Shown here in pieces: positions 1-11,213 of a stretch of 64,000 bases of DNA. The stretch's first letter is position 1, and the number at the start of each line of letters is the position of its first letter. The notes beneath the pieces were generated by a model. That model did no database searches, was not told where the DNA came from, and worked only from the letters and a program-made list of their open reading frames with translations. This stretch comes from an uncultured delta proteobacterium (GTDB taxonomy: Bacteria; Desulfobacterota; Binatia; UBA9968), in the NCBI GenBank assembly GCA_963771465.1, contig CAVYTU010000015.1, positions 640,001 to 704,000 on the forward strand, read 5' to 3'. A program made the translations under genes and the position numbers.

Positions 1-682
1 CCAGCGCTCCCACGGTGTCGTTGACGTGACAAAAACAGCGCGACTGCTTGCCATCGCCGAAAACCGTCAGCGGTTCGCCCGCGAGCGCCGCGCGCACGAA
101 GTTGGGCAGCACCATGCCGTAGCGGCCGGTCTGGCGCGGGCCGACGGTATTGAACAGGCGCACGATCACGACCGGCAAATCTCTTTCCTTCCAGTAGGCC
201 AGCGCGAGAAACTCGTCGATGGCCTTCGAGCAGGCATAGCTCCAGCGCCCTTTTTGCGTGCCGCCCATGACCAGGTCATCGTCTTCACAGAAAGGAATCT
301 TGGTCGATTTGCCGTAAACCTCCGAGGTGCTGGTGATCAGCACTTTCTTTTTCTTCTTGCCGGCAAACTCCAACACCGCCTCGGTGCCCTTGACGTTGTT
401 CTCGATGGTTCGCACCGGACTCTCGACGATTAGCCGCACGCCGACGGAAGCCGCCAGGTGAAATACCGCGTCGGCGTCATCGATCAGCTCCGCCAACAAA
501 TGACGATTGAAAATCGACTCGACGATATAGCGAAACCCGCGCCGGCCTTTCAGCCGCTCGATATTTTGAATCGAGCCGGTGCAGAGGTCGTCGATCACGG
601 TCACTGAATGGCCCGCGCTCAAGAGTCTTTCGGCGAGATGGCAGCCGATAAATCCCGCCCCGCCGGTAATCAAATAGTGCAT
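1..682 (-). CDS. NAD-dependent epimerase/dehydratase (nucleotide-sugar), runs off the window edge
   Basis: Manual translation from ATG at 682: MHYLITGGAGFIGCHLAERLL (GxxGxxG Rossmann motif), later FHLAASVGV and STSEVYG. Not in the ORF track because the stop lies outside the window. Confidence 0.9.
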   Translation of the reverse strand, partial: MHYLITGGAGFIGCHLAERLLSAGHSVTVIDDLCTGSIQNIERLKGRRGFRYIVESIFNRHLLAELIDDADAVFHLAASVGVRLIVESPVRTIENNVKGTEAVLEFAGKKKKKVLITSTSEVYGKSTKIPFCEDDDLVMGGTQKGRWSYACSKAIDEFLALAYWKERDLPVVIVRLFNTVGPRQTGRYGMVLPNFVRAALAGEPLTVFGDGKQSRCFCHVNDTVGAL

Positions 683-735
683 GGTTGTCTCTCCATAAAT
701 TTTCGTTTTTCCGCTCGACGTGGCCTTGCGGCCGT

Positions 736-3045
736 TCACACGAGTCGCGCCGAGGGAAAATAATCTCCCGAATTGTAATAATGATAGTAGTTGCGATATT
801 CGCCGCTCTTCATGTTGACCCGATTGAGCACCAGGCCAAGGATCTTCGATTTCCGGTTGCCGAGCTGTGCAAGCGCATCCCTGACGATCGGTTTCGGAGT
901 CATCTGCCCGCGCACCACGAAAATCAAGCCGTCGACGATCGTCGACAGCACCACCGCATCGCTCACCGGAATCACCGGCGGCGAATCGATAAAGACATAA
1001 TCATAGCGTTCTTTTAGGTACTCGAGGGTCTCGGACATCTTTTTTGAGCCCAACAGTTCCGTCGGGCTGGGCGGCAACGAACCCGCCCCCAACACCGAGA
1101 GATTGGGAATGGAGGTCGGCTGGATCACCTGATCCAGAGGCGCAAGATTCGCCAGATAATCGGCCAGGCCGCTATCGCTCTCGACCCCTAAAGCTCTCAA
1201 GCAGCTCGGCTGGCGCAGATCAGCATCGAGCACCAGAACGCGGCTGCCCATGCGCGCGAACATGATCGCCGTGTTGGTCAGTGTCGTCGTCTTGCCCTCT
1301 CCGGGCGTGCTGCTGGTAAATAGCAGCGTCTTGGGCGATTCATCGGCCCTGGACATCAGGATCGCCATGCGCAGCTTGTGATAGACCTCGGAGATCAATG
1401 AGAGCCGGCGGTCATTGGCGGCAAAATTCTTGCGCGGCAGGCAGAGCTTGGCTTCTCTTTGTACCAGCCGGCGCACCAGCGATGATTGGGGATGCGCCAA
1501 GCCACGCGGCAGCGTGAACACGTCTGGCACCAAGGCGAGACAGGGCACGCCCAAATAGCGCTCGCTCTCTTCCGGCAGGTGCATTGTATTGTCGAGATGT
1601 TCCAGGAGCAGCGCCAGCCCCAAACCGCCGAACAGTCCCAAGAGCGCGCCTAGCATGAGGTTCAAACGCTTATTCGGTTTCGCCGGAACTCGTGGTATCT
1701 CGGCGCGGTCGACGATCGATACGTTGGAGGATGGCAACTCGCCGGCCACGGAAATTTCTCTGAACCGCTCCTGCACGCTATCGTAGAGTTGCTTGTTGGT
1801 ATTGGCCTCGCGCGCCAGAATCGCGTACTGCACGGAGGCGTCCTTGAGGGCGAAGGTCTCGGACTTCTGCTTATCCATCTGCCCGCGCAGATCCTTTTCT
1901 TTTCCGACCGACGCAAAGTAAGCCGAGTTGATGCCTTCGACGACGTTCTTGATCTGTTGTCCGAGGCGGGTTCTAGACTCTTCGAGTTGGGCCTTGACCT
2001 GGGCCAACCGGGGATAGCCCGGCAGATACTGCTCGCTCAGCTTGGCCTGCTCCGCTTCGAGCTGCACGATCTGTCCCCTGAGACTCTGAATCAGCCCGTT
2101 ACCGATCACCGCGGGAAGCGAATCGTACTGGCGGCTTTTGATCAATCGCGCCTGGGCTTCGAAGCCGATGCGCTCGGCTTCCGCTTCGGTGAGGCGTCTG
2201 TTGAGATCGGCCAGGCGCTCGACCACGATATTTTCCTTATCGTCCAGCGAAATGATTCCTTTGCCGCGGCGAAACTGGTTTAGAGTCATTTCCGACTTTT
2301 CAACTCGGTTTTTTAATTCGCCGAGTTTTGTTTCCAGGAATTTTCGTGCTTCTTCATTGGCCTGGCTCTTGAGCTTGAAACCGTACTGGATATAGGCCGC
2401 GACATGCGCGTTGGCGATGCGCGTGGCCAGCTCAGGATCGGGCGAACTGATGCCGACCGTGACAATCCGGCTGCGTTTGACCGGATCGACGCTGACCATG
2501 CCGGTATAAGTGTTGATGATCCCCGAATCGACTCCCCCGATGGACGACGGCGCAGAGATTGGCGCAACTTGCGGCAATAGGGTATTGAACCAGGCGATGG
2601 GGATGGACAGGATCTTTCCGATCGAAAAAGTGCTTTGCTTGAGAAACTTTGCGTCTCTATCGAGTTTTTGCGCCTTGATGACCTCGGCGGCGAGGCTCCG
2701 GCTTTGCAGGACCTGGTATTGGCTCGCATAAAAGCTGCTCTCATCGCCTTCCTCGGTTTCGCCAACCACTTGTTGGATCTTCACGACCTGGGGCGTTTTG
2801 CGCTCGATCATCAAGGTCGCCCTGGCGACGTAGATCGGCGTGGCGGTGAACGCGATCACGCCGCTCGTGATCACCGCGAGGGCAAAACAGGCGAGGATCT
2901 TCCACTGGTGCTTTCTCACGACCTGCCAATAGTCGCGAAAGCTGGGCGCCTCGCCGACCGGTTCTGAGCGACGGCTGTCACGCACCCCATCGTCCTGTTC
3001 GAGGAAAACGACGCGCCGCGCTGATGTTGGCAGGACTTCCTTCAT
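736..3045 (-). CDS. wzc: Wzc/GumC-type polysaccharide co-polymerase with BY-kinase domain
   Basis: Two TM segments flanking a coiled coil, Walker A GEGKT, DADLR, DSPP, C-terminal Tyr cluster YRNYYHYY. Confidence 0.92.
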   Translation of the reverse strand: MKEVLPTSARRVVFLEQDDGVRDSRRSEPVGEAPSFRDYWQVVRKHQWKILACFALAVITSGVIAFTATPIYVARATLMIERKTPQVVKIQQVVGETEEGDESSFYASQYQVLQSRSLAAEVIKAQKLDRDAKFLKQSTFSIGKILSIPIAWFNTLLPQVAPISAPSSIGGVDSGIINTYTGMVSVDPVKRSRIVTVGISSPDPELATRIANAHVAAYIQYGFKLKSQANEEARKFLETKLGELKNRVEKSEMTLNQFRRGKGIISLDDKENIVVERLADLNRRLTEAEAERIGFEAQARLIKSRQYDSLPAVIGNGLIQSLRGQIVQLEAEQAKLSEQYLPGYPRLAQVKAQLEESRTRLGQQIKNVVEGINSAYFASVGKEKDLRGQMDKQKSETFALKDASVQYAILAREANTNKQLYDSVQERFREISVAGELPSSNVSIVDRAEIPRVPAKPNKRLNLMLGALLGLFGGLGLALLLEHLDNTMHLPEESERYLGVPCLALVPDVFTLPRGLAHPQSSLVRRLVQREAKLCLPRKNFAANDRRLSLISEVYHKLRMAILMSRADESPKTLLFTSSTPGEGKTTTLTNTAIMFARMGSRVLVLDADLRQPSCLRALGVESDSGLADYLANLAPLDQVIQPTSIPNLSVLGAGSLPPSPTELLGSKKMSETLEYLKERYDYVFIDSPPVIPVSDAVVLSTIVDGLIFVVRGQMTPKPIVRDALAQLGNRKSKILGLVLNRVNMKSGEYRNYYHYYNSGDYFPSARLV

Positions 3046-3072
3046 GAACGATCTATTTCACGTCGCATGCGC

Positions 3073-4191
3073 CTATTGAATCGGAAAACTTGCGCTCGCT
3101 CCGACGTTAACCACGGTCGTAAAGAACCGATAAAATCCCCAAGCGAATAGTTTCGGGCTTGACGAAACGACGTTGACCACGTCGCCTTCACGCAATGTAA
3201 GATCGGGACTGGCGCCGTTTTTAATCGCATCGAGATCAGCGATCATTTTCGACTTGTTCCCGGACGGGTTGGTGCGAATTAATTCCACGGCAGCGGCATC
3301 GGCCGGAAAGCTCAGGCCACCGGCGGCGGCAACTACTCCTAACAGAGTTAGCCCCGGTGTGATCTTGTAGGCTCCAGGCTTTTCAATCCAACCCTGCACC
3401 AATACTTCCCCTGCTCCGGGAATCATTACGATATCGCCGGGGCGCGCCGGCATGTTCAAATAAATCTCTTGGCCGGTTCGATTGACACCATTGAGGGCAA
3501 TAACCAAGGGCTCGGTATTCTTGAGAATCAGCGGCGACGGATTCTGACTCAGCATCTGTATCGGCATCGCCGAAATGACTTCTTTTGCTTTGTCGGGTTC
3601 GGCCGGCTCGGCAGGTATAAACAGTATGCGCTCGGCTGCCCCCGCGGTCGTGCCGCCGGCTTGCGAAATCATGCTAAGGATCGTGTCGGCCGAACTGGTG
3701 AGATTATAGAGTCCCGGTTTTTGCACGGCGCCGATGACGGCGACCTGGCGGCTGCGAAATTCCTTGACGAACAGGCTCACCTGCGGATTGCGCACGTAGT
3801 TTGTCTCGAGCCGGCGACGGATCTCGGCGCGCAACGTCTCATCCGTCATACCGTTCACCTGGAGCATGCCGACGAAGGGCAGCACCAGAGTGCCATCCCC
3901 GGTGATCCGCTGGGTGAGATTCTTGATCTCTTCCACGCCGGCCACGTTGACCTCGATGACATCGCCCGGACCGACTGGGTACTCGCTACCGTTGCTCTCC
4001 TTTTTGCGCTTCTCCCAAAGAGCCGCCAAGCGCTCGAGGTCGTTGTTCGCTTTTGCGCTTTCTCTTAAATAAGCGGTCGCGGTTGAAACTTTTTCATCTC
4101 CCACTGTCTCGCCGGACTTCGAGGCCGTCGTCGAGCACCCAACGGCCAACAAGCAGACTCCCAACGTCCAAGTAATTAAAAATGTCTTCAT
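3073..4191 (-). CDS. wza: Polysaccharide export outer-membrane lipoprotein (Wza/Poly_export + SLBB repeats)
   Basis: Lipobox LAVGC, YPVGPGDVI, DGTLVLPFVG, repeated GxVxKPGxY SLBB motifs; adjacent to wzc. Confidence 0.9.
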   Translation of the reverse strand: MKTFLITWTLGVCLLAVGCSTTASKSGETVGDEKVSTATAYLRESAKANNDLERLAALWEKRKKESNGSEYPVGPGDVIEVNVAGVEEIKNLTQRITGDGTLVLPFVGMLQVNGMTDETLRAEIRRRLETNYVRNPQVSLFVKEFRSRQVAVIGAVQKPGLYNLTSSADTILSMISQAGGTTAGAAERILFIPAEPAEPDKAKEVISAMPIQMLSQNPSPLILKNTEPLVIALNGVNRTGQEIYLNMPARPGDIVMIPGAGEVLVQGWIEKPGAYKITPGLTLLGVVAAAGGLSFPADAAAVELIRTNPSGNKSKMIADLDAIKNGASPDLTLREGDVVNVVSSSPKLFAWGFYRFFTTVVNVGASASFPIQ

Positions 4192-5362
4192 CGGTTCAGT
4201 CGAGAACTGATCGAATTCGCCGCTAAGCTGAGATAACCTTGCCTTTGACCATGAACGGACGGTGTTAACCCGCGATTAAGAGCGAATTAAAATTCGCCGT
4301 CTGAAACGGCCAAAATCTGCACCGGGGTTGGTTAATCTGACGCACCAGATCCACAGGAGCCTAATCAGCTCGTTGAGGGTCCTTCGCCAAAGTCTCCCGC
4401 AAAAAGAGCGCTAACTTCTCCGTTGCTTACCTTCATACAATTATTTCATCCATTCCCTGTACGTTAGTCACTTCAGATAAGAACAGCCATTCAACCATAC
4501 GATCATCAGCAGTACAGTCGTCCAAGAGCCACGTGCTACCGATTCCGCCAGAAACCAAATAAGGCGCGATGATCAAAGATTAGTCCGGACTTTCGCGCCG
4601 GGCGCGCACGTTGCTCATCCTGATACATCGCACAAGAATCTTCGATGGCGCCGAATCTGTGATAGGGCGTCGCGCTATGATTATTTTTTATAGATAAAAT
4701 GGCTAAAACCACGGTCACTCAAATAATTTAGCTGTTATGGCTTTCTTCGGTAGCGAATGTCGAACTGATCCAAGCGTGCAATCATCTGCCTGCAGATTTT
4801 TCTAGGCTTCCGCTCCGCGGGCACGATTCCCAAATACACCTTGATTCGAGACAGCCATCTCCCCGATGCGTGCATAAGCTTCTGATTAAGGGGCCACTGC
4901 GAAAGGTAAGAAACTCTCTTCCAAAATCCGAAACCAGACTCGCAACTGCGTTTACTATTGATAGCTAACTCTGCCCCTTCTTTGAAGTGATCGCATACTT
5001 CGTTTTTTCTAAATTCCTATCTTAAGTCATAGCTTAATTTAGAATGCCATTCAGGCACCTCGTAACTGCTCGTCTTCTTACTCTAAAAGGTTCGCTTGGG
5101 TTCGCCCGGGCTCTCCGTGGCGGCACCTGCATCCAGTGCCTTCAGAAAAAAACAGTTCAATAGACGCAAAACTTGCGTTCTCGGCGAAGGAACGCGCTAG
5201 AGGTATGCTAAAAATTGATTTGGTCGAATGGGCAAACACAGCGCATCAGTGACGTGACGGTCACTTCTCTCGCTGGTTCCGTTTTCAATCGCAACTGTTT
5301 CGGTGCTTATCGGCAGGGACGGTAATAACCTAGAATGGTCGATTCTTATTGCTGTATTACCG

Positions 5363-6271
5363 TTACGAACTGATCGAGAATTTGTTTTTTCGCGCTTTCA
5401 TAGACCTCAGTAAGGTAAGAAAATTATTGCTAGCGGATGACATTGGCTTTTTTTTGCTATACACGATGTAGCTACTTTCTACGATTTTTGGTAAACTCGG
5501 AAAGTGCAGAGCTTTGAAATCTTTTCTTTTAATACCCTCCTGAACGAGATTGTAAAATAATATCCCTAGCCCCGTTTTTTTCCGGACAGCCGCTTTGACG
5601 GCGTCGAGGGATACACATCGCAAAGTTATGTTAGGTATCACACCTTGGCGCTTGATCTCTTTAAGCATTTTGTCCGTGGCATCTAATCCATCTCTGACAA
5701 TTATCGGAATATCTGTAAGATTAACTAAATCTAAAATTTTCTTTTTCGCCAACCAGTGTGTCGGATGAGCGAAAAACGTGAGATGGTCATCGGCAAAATG
5801 CTCCATATTTAAATCGGGAGATTTAGACGGGCTGTGGAGAATAGCGATATCAACATCAGCGTCTCGAACCAATTGTTCAATACGCGGTCCATCATATGTT
5901 AGAAATCGCACTTCGATATTAGGATGTTTTTTTTGGAAAGCCGCTATCGCTTCAGGTAAATACTTCACGGAAGGATTATAACTTCCACCAACAATCAATG
6001 TTTGACACGCTACTTCTGATGGATGCAATGTTTTCCTCAGAGTTTCAAGCTGAGTCAACATCTCATTTGCAGTTCCTAGAAAAAGCTGTCCCGCCCCTGT
6101 TAGTTCGATACCCTGTTTATTTTTTTTATATAGTTTGGCGCCGAATTCATTCTCGAGACTTTTGAGCCGCTGGCAAACCGAAGACGCACTGACGTGCATC
6201 TGGCGGGCGGTTTTTCCGAGGTTTTGATGTTTGGCGACATTAGCGAAAAGCTCGATGCGATCGAGTAACAT
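5363..6271 (-). CDS. LysR-family transcriptional regulator
   Basis: N-terminal wHTH (TARQMHVSASSVCQRLKSLENEFGAKLY...ELTGAG) plus LysR substrate-binding domain, 302 aa. Confidence 0.92.
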   Translation of the reverse strand: MLLDRIELFANVAKHQNLGKTARQMHVSASSVCQRLKSLENEFGAKLYKKNKQGIELTGAGQLFLGTANEMLTQLETLRKTLHPSEVACQTLIVGGSYNPSVKYLPEAIAAFQKKHPNIEVRFLTYDGPRIEQLVRDADVDIAILHSPSKSPDLNMEHFADDHLTFFAHPTHWLAKKKILDLVNLTDIPIIVRDGLDATDKMLKEIKRQGVIPNITLRCVSLDAVKAAVRKKTGLGILFYNLVQEGIKRKDFKALHFPSLPKIVESSYIVYSKKKPMSSASNNFLTLLRSMKARKNKFSISS

Positions 6272-6607
6272 AGCGGGCGACTTCCTATTTAAATATTGTT
6301 ATTGATCGAGCGCAAGGACAATCAATGCAGCCGAGGGCGCGGTCGTAACCGATTTTATTGCAGCGACGGGACAATTCCGCTACCCTCCTCGTCTACCTGC
6401 TGACTCGAAACAGTCCCAGATTCGCCAAAGTCTTGCTTAATATAGCATTAGCGAGGTCAGCACACCCCGCCACGCTTACGTGAGGAAACAAATAGTAATT
6501 AGTGTTGTGAAGACGAGAAGACTATTCAGAAGGTGACCATTTCCCTAACCCCTATTCTAGACCAATGATTTGGGATTTCAACTCAAGTGAGGATCGTTAA
6601 CACGATA

Positions 6608-6874
6608 TTAACACGACGACCGCTGGCCGGAAGTGACATCTGTCATCGACTTTTCTGAATCCATGGCTAAGAACTTGCCATTCGATCGATCATGACTTAG
6701 TTGAGCTCGCGCGCTCTTTGGATCATTGAATTGCCCAACATTTTTCCGAATGCTCGGTCGCCCCCCACCGGTATCCGCCTGCCGCAGCATCACATGCGTG
6801 AGGAACCGGCCGATACGACCATTCCCGTCCATAATAATAGGATGAACATGGACGACGATGAAATGGCCGAGCAC
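6608..6874 (-). pseudogene. Fic-domain fragment
   Basis: LGHFIVVHVHPIIMDGNGRIGRFLTHVML resembles the Fic motif HPFxDGNGRxxR; the rest of the protein is missing. Confidence 0.75.
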
Positions 6875-7198
6875 CGGCGGCTGTGGGCCCTAGCGGATTT
6901 CGGGACGAAACAAAAATGTGCGACCACAAAAACAAAATTTGGATGTTGATTTCTCCAGCCATGCTGCCGTGGAGAATTCCGCCGCCGTTTTGGATACCGA
7001 CCAGTCAGCTACCGGGCTCGTTGAGAGTTTCACCACGTCGATGCGCATCTCTGCACCTCGTCGCATGGCCCCCAACACGAATAAAAATATTTGGGCCTGA
7101 TGGTCAAAAACTTCCGCGCATAAATAATTGTAGAGCCATGCCATGGGAGGATCCGCAGGCATCGCATACGTAGATGAAAAAGAACGTTACGCAGCCAC

Positions 7199-7858
7199 CT
7201 AAACAAATCCTAAATATTTATCCCGGTGATCACATCCCGGTCGGGACCGGCAATATGACAGCGGTGCTTGCCAGGATCTAACGCAACCTACGATCTCGGC
7301 CTTGTTTTTCCGGAAGCGAACGGCAAGCTCATTCAGCTTGTCCACGAGCAGCGCAGCGCACACCTGTTGAATGCCGCGTGTCGCGATTCGAAGAGCTTCA
7401 CGGAGCTGTTCCTTGTCTCGTTCGTTGCGCCGGTCCCCTGATAGTTGGCGCCGATAACGTTTAACAAGCCACGTTGGCTCGACTGTCTGCTCCAGATAAT
7501 CGAGTGCTTCATAAAGCTTTAGCCGGCGAATCTCTCTTATTGCACTCATCAGCCGCGCGCCGCAGGATGTCAACGGCCCAGCCGATGTTCATCGGAGTGA
7601 GGTAATACGCCGGCGGTGGAACAAAAGTGGTCGACGGCGAGCTCGGCCAGGAATAGCCCGACCAATCGCGCCTCATCCTCGTCGTCGAATCTGAAAAGGT
7701 GATCTTGATCACGGTAGGCTTCTACACAAACCATATTCGCAGCGTGAGCAGCACGCTTGCGTGAGCGAAATAAAGGCCGCTATCGTATGTACCGACTCGG
7801 CGCTACCGCAAACGGTGTAGCCTCTATACTGTTGCTGTACGTGGTTGTTACCGAACAT
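7199..7858 (-). pseudogene. Hypothetical protein split by several frameshifts
   Basis: ORFs 7709-7900, 7509-7712 and 7199-7573 can be joined into one plausible protein (MFGNNHVQQQYRGYTV...FDDEDEARLVGLFLAELAVDHF...REIRRLKLYEALDYLE). Confidence 0.5.
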
Positions 7859-7906
7859 TTGGACTTTTTCAAGGGACAATTGCGCGTTTGGATTTCGCAC
7901 GGGCGT

Positions 7907-8470
7907 TTAGAACTTAACCGACGGCCCTTGCCAGGTTGCTGTTCGCGGGCACGCGCGCGAGATCGCCTGTTCCGCCTCGCGCCAGCCGTCGCAACCATTG
8001 CGCCCAGGGCGACGTCGGCAGAAATTGAGTATACCTTTGCACTTTGAATAGAAGTGGAAAAAGCGAAGCACCCTGCGGCGTTCTGCGGGGACCAGCGGCC
8101 GACTGCTGCAAATTAGCTTGTCGTCGCTCATCCCATGATCGGTGAGGGTCACGGCACCCCACGCTTTCACCCGCACCTGACTACCGAAGGGCAATCGCGG
8201 ACCCAGCACCACCGCGTCCAGTAAATCGCCTTCCAGGCCCAGGTACTGCGGCACCGAGCCGTAGTTAAAAGGGCACGGCAGAGGCGAGATGAAATCGACC
8301 CGGCCCGTAGACCCGCGCTTGAGAAAGCTGCCGCGCGGAACCTCCACCACCACATCCACTTCAATGGGCTTCGTAGCATCCTCCCGGGACGGAAAACGGT
8401 TGCGTGGCGATTGTACAAAGAAAGGATTCGTCCATTCGCCAGCGTTCAATCCCCGACCGGTGCTCCGCAA
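7907..8470 (-). CDS. Family I inorganic pyrophosphatase-like protein (start uncertain)
   Basis: VVVEVPRGS, PFNYGSVP, EGDLLDAVVLG, DDKLI motifs. Confidence 0.8.
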   Translation of the reverse strand: MRSTGRGLNAGEWTNPFFVQSPRNRFPSREDATKPIEVDVVVEVPRGSFLKRGSTGRVDFISPLPCPFNYGSVPQYLGLEGDLLDAVVLGPRLPFGSQVRVKAWGAVTLTDHGMSDDKLICSSRPLVPAERRRVLRFFHFYSKCKGILNFCRRRPGRNGCDGWREAEQAISRACPRTATWQGPSVKF

Positions 8471-9126
8471 TCCGGCTCGTTATACCTGGAATTGTTGACC
8501 CCCGTAGTAGTGACATGCGCCGCCATTTCATCGGAGGGAAACGGCACGAGCAAAGGCTCGACCTTTTCAAAAGGATTGCCCGTGCAGTTAAGCCAGGTCT
8601 CTTCATCATCAGGATGTAAAATCGCCGGTATTCTGTCGTGGATCGGCCGCATGAAGTCGTTGGCCGGCAGCGTGATGATGGTGAATGAATCGAGAATGCC
8701 GCCGTCCGGTTTCTTCCAGCTATCCCAAAGTCCGGCAAGTGAAAAAGGCTCTTTCGATTTGAGATAGACAAACCATGGTATCTTAGAACCCTTCTCGCCC
8801 TGAAACTCATAGAAACCATCAACCGGAATAACACACCTGCGGTTTTGCAACAGCCTTCGATACGTGCGGCTTTCGCGCAGCCGTTCGACCTTCGCATTTA
8901 TCGTGCTGTAGGAAAGCTTCATGTTTTTTTCGTGGGACGGAATTAGTGGCCAGTACATGAGCCGGCCTTCGTTGCCGCGCTCTCCGCGCACGATTGCTAG
9001 TACATCGGCTTCTTTGCGCCCGGGCGAGACGTTATAAATCGGCTTGAACTGCGGCAGGTCGTTGATGAGATCCCAGCGGAGCTTGATCTCGCGAAACTCG
9101 AAAGAGGCTCGGACCCTGTTACACAT
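8446..9126 (-). CDS. SOS response-associated peptidase (SRAP/YedK/HMCES family)
   Basis: N-terminal MC (catalytic Cys2), YNVSP, INAKVE, RRCVIPVDGFYEF, LAGLWD, IHDRIP. Confidence 0.93.
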   Translation of the reverse strand: MCNRVRASFEFREIKLRWDLINDLPQFKPIYNVSPGRKEADVLAIVRGERGNEGRLMYWPLIPSHEKNMKLSYSTINAKVERLRESRTYRRLLQNRRCVIPVDGFYEFQGEKGSKIPWFVYLKSKEPFSLAGLWDSWKKPDGGILDSFTIITLPANDFMRPIHDRIPAILHPDDEETWLNCTGNPFEKVEPLLVPFPSDEMAAHVTTTGVNNSRYNEPDCGAPVGD

Positions 9127-9308
9127 GAAACGATTCTGGATTTTCCCGGTTCACTTTGTCCCGGATAAATTTTTTGATGACCCGAACCAAAGTTTCTGTG
9201 TCGACTGCTCAGAGTGAACCGTCCCGCAGGCCATAGGCTCTACATCAATTCCTTCACAATCGGGATGCGCAGCGGAGTCGAAAAAGGCGGCTTCTGATAC
9301 GGTTGCGA
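9049..9308. repeat. Diverged ~260 bp duplication, copy 1 (SRAP 5' end plus upstream ORF)
   Basis: Collinear with 17247-17507, e.g. TCCCAGCGGAGCTTGATxTCGCGAAACTCGAA and TTCACAATCGGGATGCGCxGCGGAGTCGA. Confidence 0.9.
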
Positions 9309-9405
9309 CCATGCGCCGGCCGCGGTCCAAGTCATCGAACATGACCGTAAAAGCTAGAGGACTCTCGTCCTCGTGAGTCTGGAGACCAACGATTTTCAGG
9401 TTCAT
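9151..9405 (-). CDS. Small hypothetical protein upstream of SRAP
   Basis: ATG with GAGGGG RBS; homologous segment (DSAAHPDCExIDVEP) repeated at 17353-17507. Confidence 0.6.
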   Translation of the reverse strand: MNLKIVGLQTHEDESPLAFTVMFDDLDRGRRMVATVSEAAFFDSAAHPDCEGIDVEPMACGTVHSEQSTQKLWFGSSKNLSGTK

Positions 9406-9542
9406 TCAGCCCCTCGCGTTCCTTATGGCAGAAAAAAATTTCCCATTATGCAGGGTCGTTTTCAAGGGATTATCGATAATTGCAGCGCGTCGGTGTTTTT
9501 GCGCTGGTTGTAATCCAAACCGATCAATGCATGAGGTGAATT

Positions 9543-9797
9543 ATGCGTACCCTGTCCAATCTTCTTGGTCTGTTCATGGTGGTTTTCGGGGTGTTCCTTG
9601 TGATCGGTTCATACGCCATGCCGCATATTGATGTTGAGGGCGTGAGCATTATCGTTGTCTTGGGGATGGTTTTGGCTGGAGCGGGGGCGATGATCAGCAA
9701 CAGGGCATCACACAAAACTTGCCCGCAGTGCTCAGAGCAGGTGAAACTGACCGCGCTCAAATGCAAACATTGTGGTAGCCTATTGTCGCTAACATAA
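9543..9797 (+). CDS. Small membrane protein with C-terminal zinc ribbon
   Basis: GAGGTG RBS, two hydrophobic helices, KTCPQCSEQVKLTALKCKHCG. Confidence 0.8.
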   Translation: MRTLSNLLGLFMVVFGVFLVIGSYAMPHIDVEGVSIIVVLGMVLAGAGAMISNRASHKTCPQCSEQVKLTALKCKHCGSLLSLT

Positions 9798-9945
9798 TGA
9801 TCGCGATCGATCCCAGCGAGTGGCTATCGCACAATGGCAAACGTTGCAGAAAATTCACCGGGGTTAAAGTAATGGTTTCTCAATTGCCGGTTCTCTGACA
9901 TTGGCGATTTGACACGGGTGGGCGATTTTTATATGAGTCTGCGCC

Positions 9946-10203
9946 GTGCACGCCACCATTCTGATGTCACTGCTCGTTTATGACTGCCTTATCGATAGGT
10001 GCAACGAGACCTCACGGGAATTTGCAATTCTCAATAACGGCGTCATTATTCGCAGATACAAAGAAGATCATTTCGAACGTATACTAGAAATTCGCTGCGA
10101 TATATCAGACGCTGACAGACTTCTGTACTTAGCTACGACAGCCTATCCCGAAGCCGTTGAGGAAATCGCAAAGGCTATCACGGCCGCGCGCAACTCAGAT
10201 TAA
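9946..10203 (+). CDS. Hypothetical protein
   Basis: 85-aa ORF with protein-like composition, no recognised motif. Confidence 0.5.
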   Translation: MHATILMSLLVYDCLIDRCNETSREFAILNNGVIIRRYKEDHFERILEIRCDISDADRLLYLATTAYPEAVEEIAKAITAARNSD

Positions 10204-10564
10204 CAACACCTGATATGTCACTACCTTTGTTCGTCACCTTCAGAGTTCCGTTACCTTTAATAAAAGCCGCTGATATGTCGCCCGCTCTTCGGCGATCGTC
10301 TCTAAAAACTCCTGTCTCGATTAAGAGCTTTGCCATCGCGTCATGCGCGAAATACTACCCTTGGCGTAGCATCATAACGGGGCACTGCATAAACATACTC
10401 TTAGTAGCGTATAGGTGTAAACGGCGACCTAGTCGCCTTTTTATTCCCACGGCGCACTATCACGACAGTGACTTGGCTTCACTGACGAAGCAGCGAACGT
10501 GTCAGAATCCGACTGTTCCAATCTCGCTATCATTATCCAACAGAAGTGGTAGCCTCTAACCACT

Positions 10565-10870
10565 ATGGAACTACGAAACCATGATTGTATGTCGCATGGA
10601 TGGGTTCCTCTTTGGCCACCGCACTGGAAATGGACATTCGGAGAGGACAATACTTATCCGGTCGGCGAGATTGGAATACTCGAAAACGTCCAACGATCAA
10701 GCATCGACCCCAACCTTTGCTATTTGACCATGAACCACGCTGGCTCCAGCTATGTTGGTCATCTGCATTTTGATCGTGAGGGATGTTGCGGCCTGCTCTG
10801 TGAGCTGTTGCCACATCATTATGGTCGGTCCCTTCGAGAAATCGGGGAAATAGATATTCCTAGCCTTTAG
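10565..10870 (+). CDS. Hypothetical protein
   Basis: 101-aa ORF (WPPHWKW...GRSLREIGEIDI), no recognised function. Confidence 0.55.
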   Translation: MELRNHDCMSHGWVPLWPPHWKWTFGEDNTYPVGEIGILENVQRSSIDPNLCYLTMNHAGSSYVGHLHFDREGCCGLLCELLPHHYGRSLREIGEIDIPSL

Positions 10871-10974
10871 CGTCCATCCCCACAGTATCCGCAGCATTCT
10901 CGCTATCGAATTTTTTAAAAAAGCTGGTTCACTATTGGACAGAAATCTCGTGGCGGTAGGTTTAGCGTCAAGAA

Positions 10975-11213
10975 ATGGAACAGGCTTACAAAGGGTTCTT
11001 GATCCGGTCCGGTGCCGCCGCCATTCGCGACAGCGTTGGTTTAAACCTATTGCCCAGATTAACTGGACCGAGAACGGCCAGGAGCGCGTTAAGCTCTGGA
11101 TGAAGTGGACCTTCGTGAGAAGTTTTGCCACATACAAAGACGCTGAAAGGGAAGCCAATATTTTCGCCAAAGACTGGGTTGACTGCAATATGCGGGAGAT
11201 GAAAAACCAATAA
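10975..11213 (+). pseudogene. Small protein of the YKG...WKP...AKxWID paralogue family (one frameshift)
   Basis: ATG at 10975 gives MEQAYKGFLIRSGA; after a one-base shift it continues WFKPIAQINW...FATYKDAEREANIFAKDWVD. Confidence 0.55.

Noticed and set aside
4192-5362. c-di-GMP-I riboswitch (GACGCAAAAC near 5163) or ops/JUMPstart element in the long wza leader
   Set aside because: The required GAAA-tetraloop stem and a full GGCGGTAG match were not found, and the motif faces away from wza
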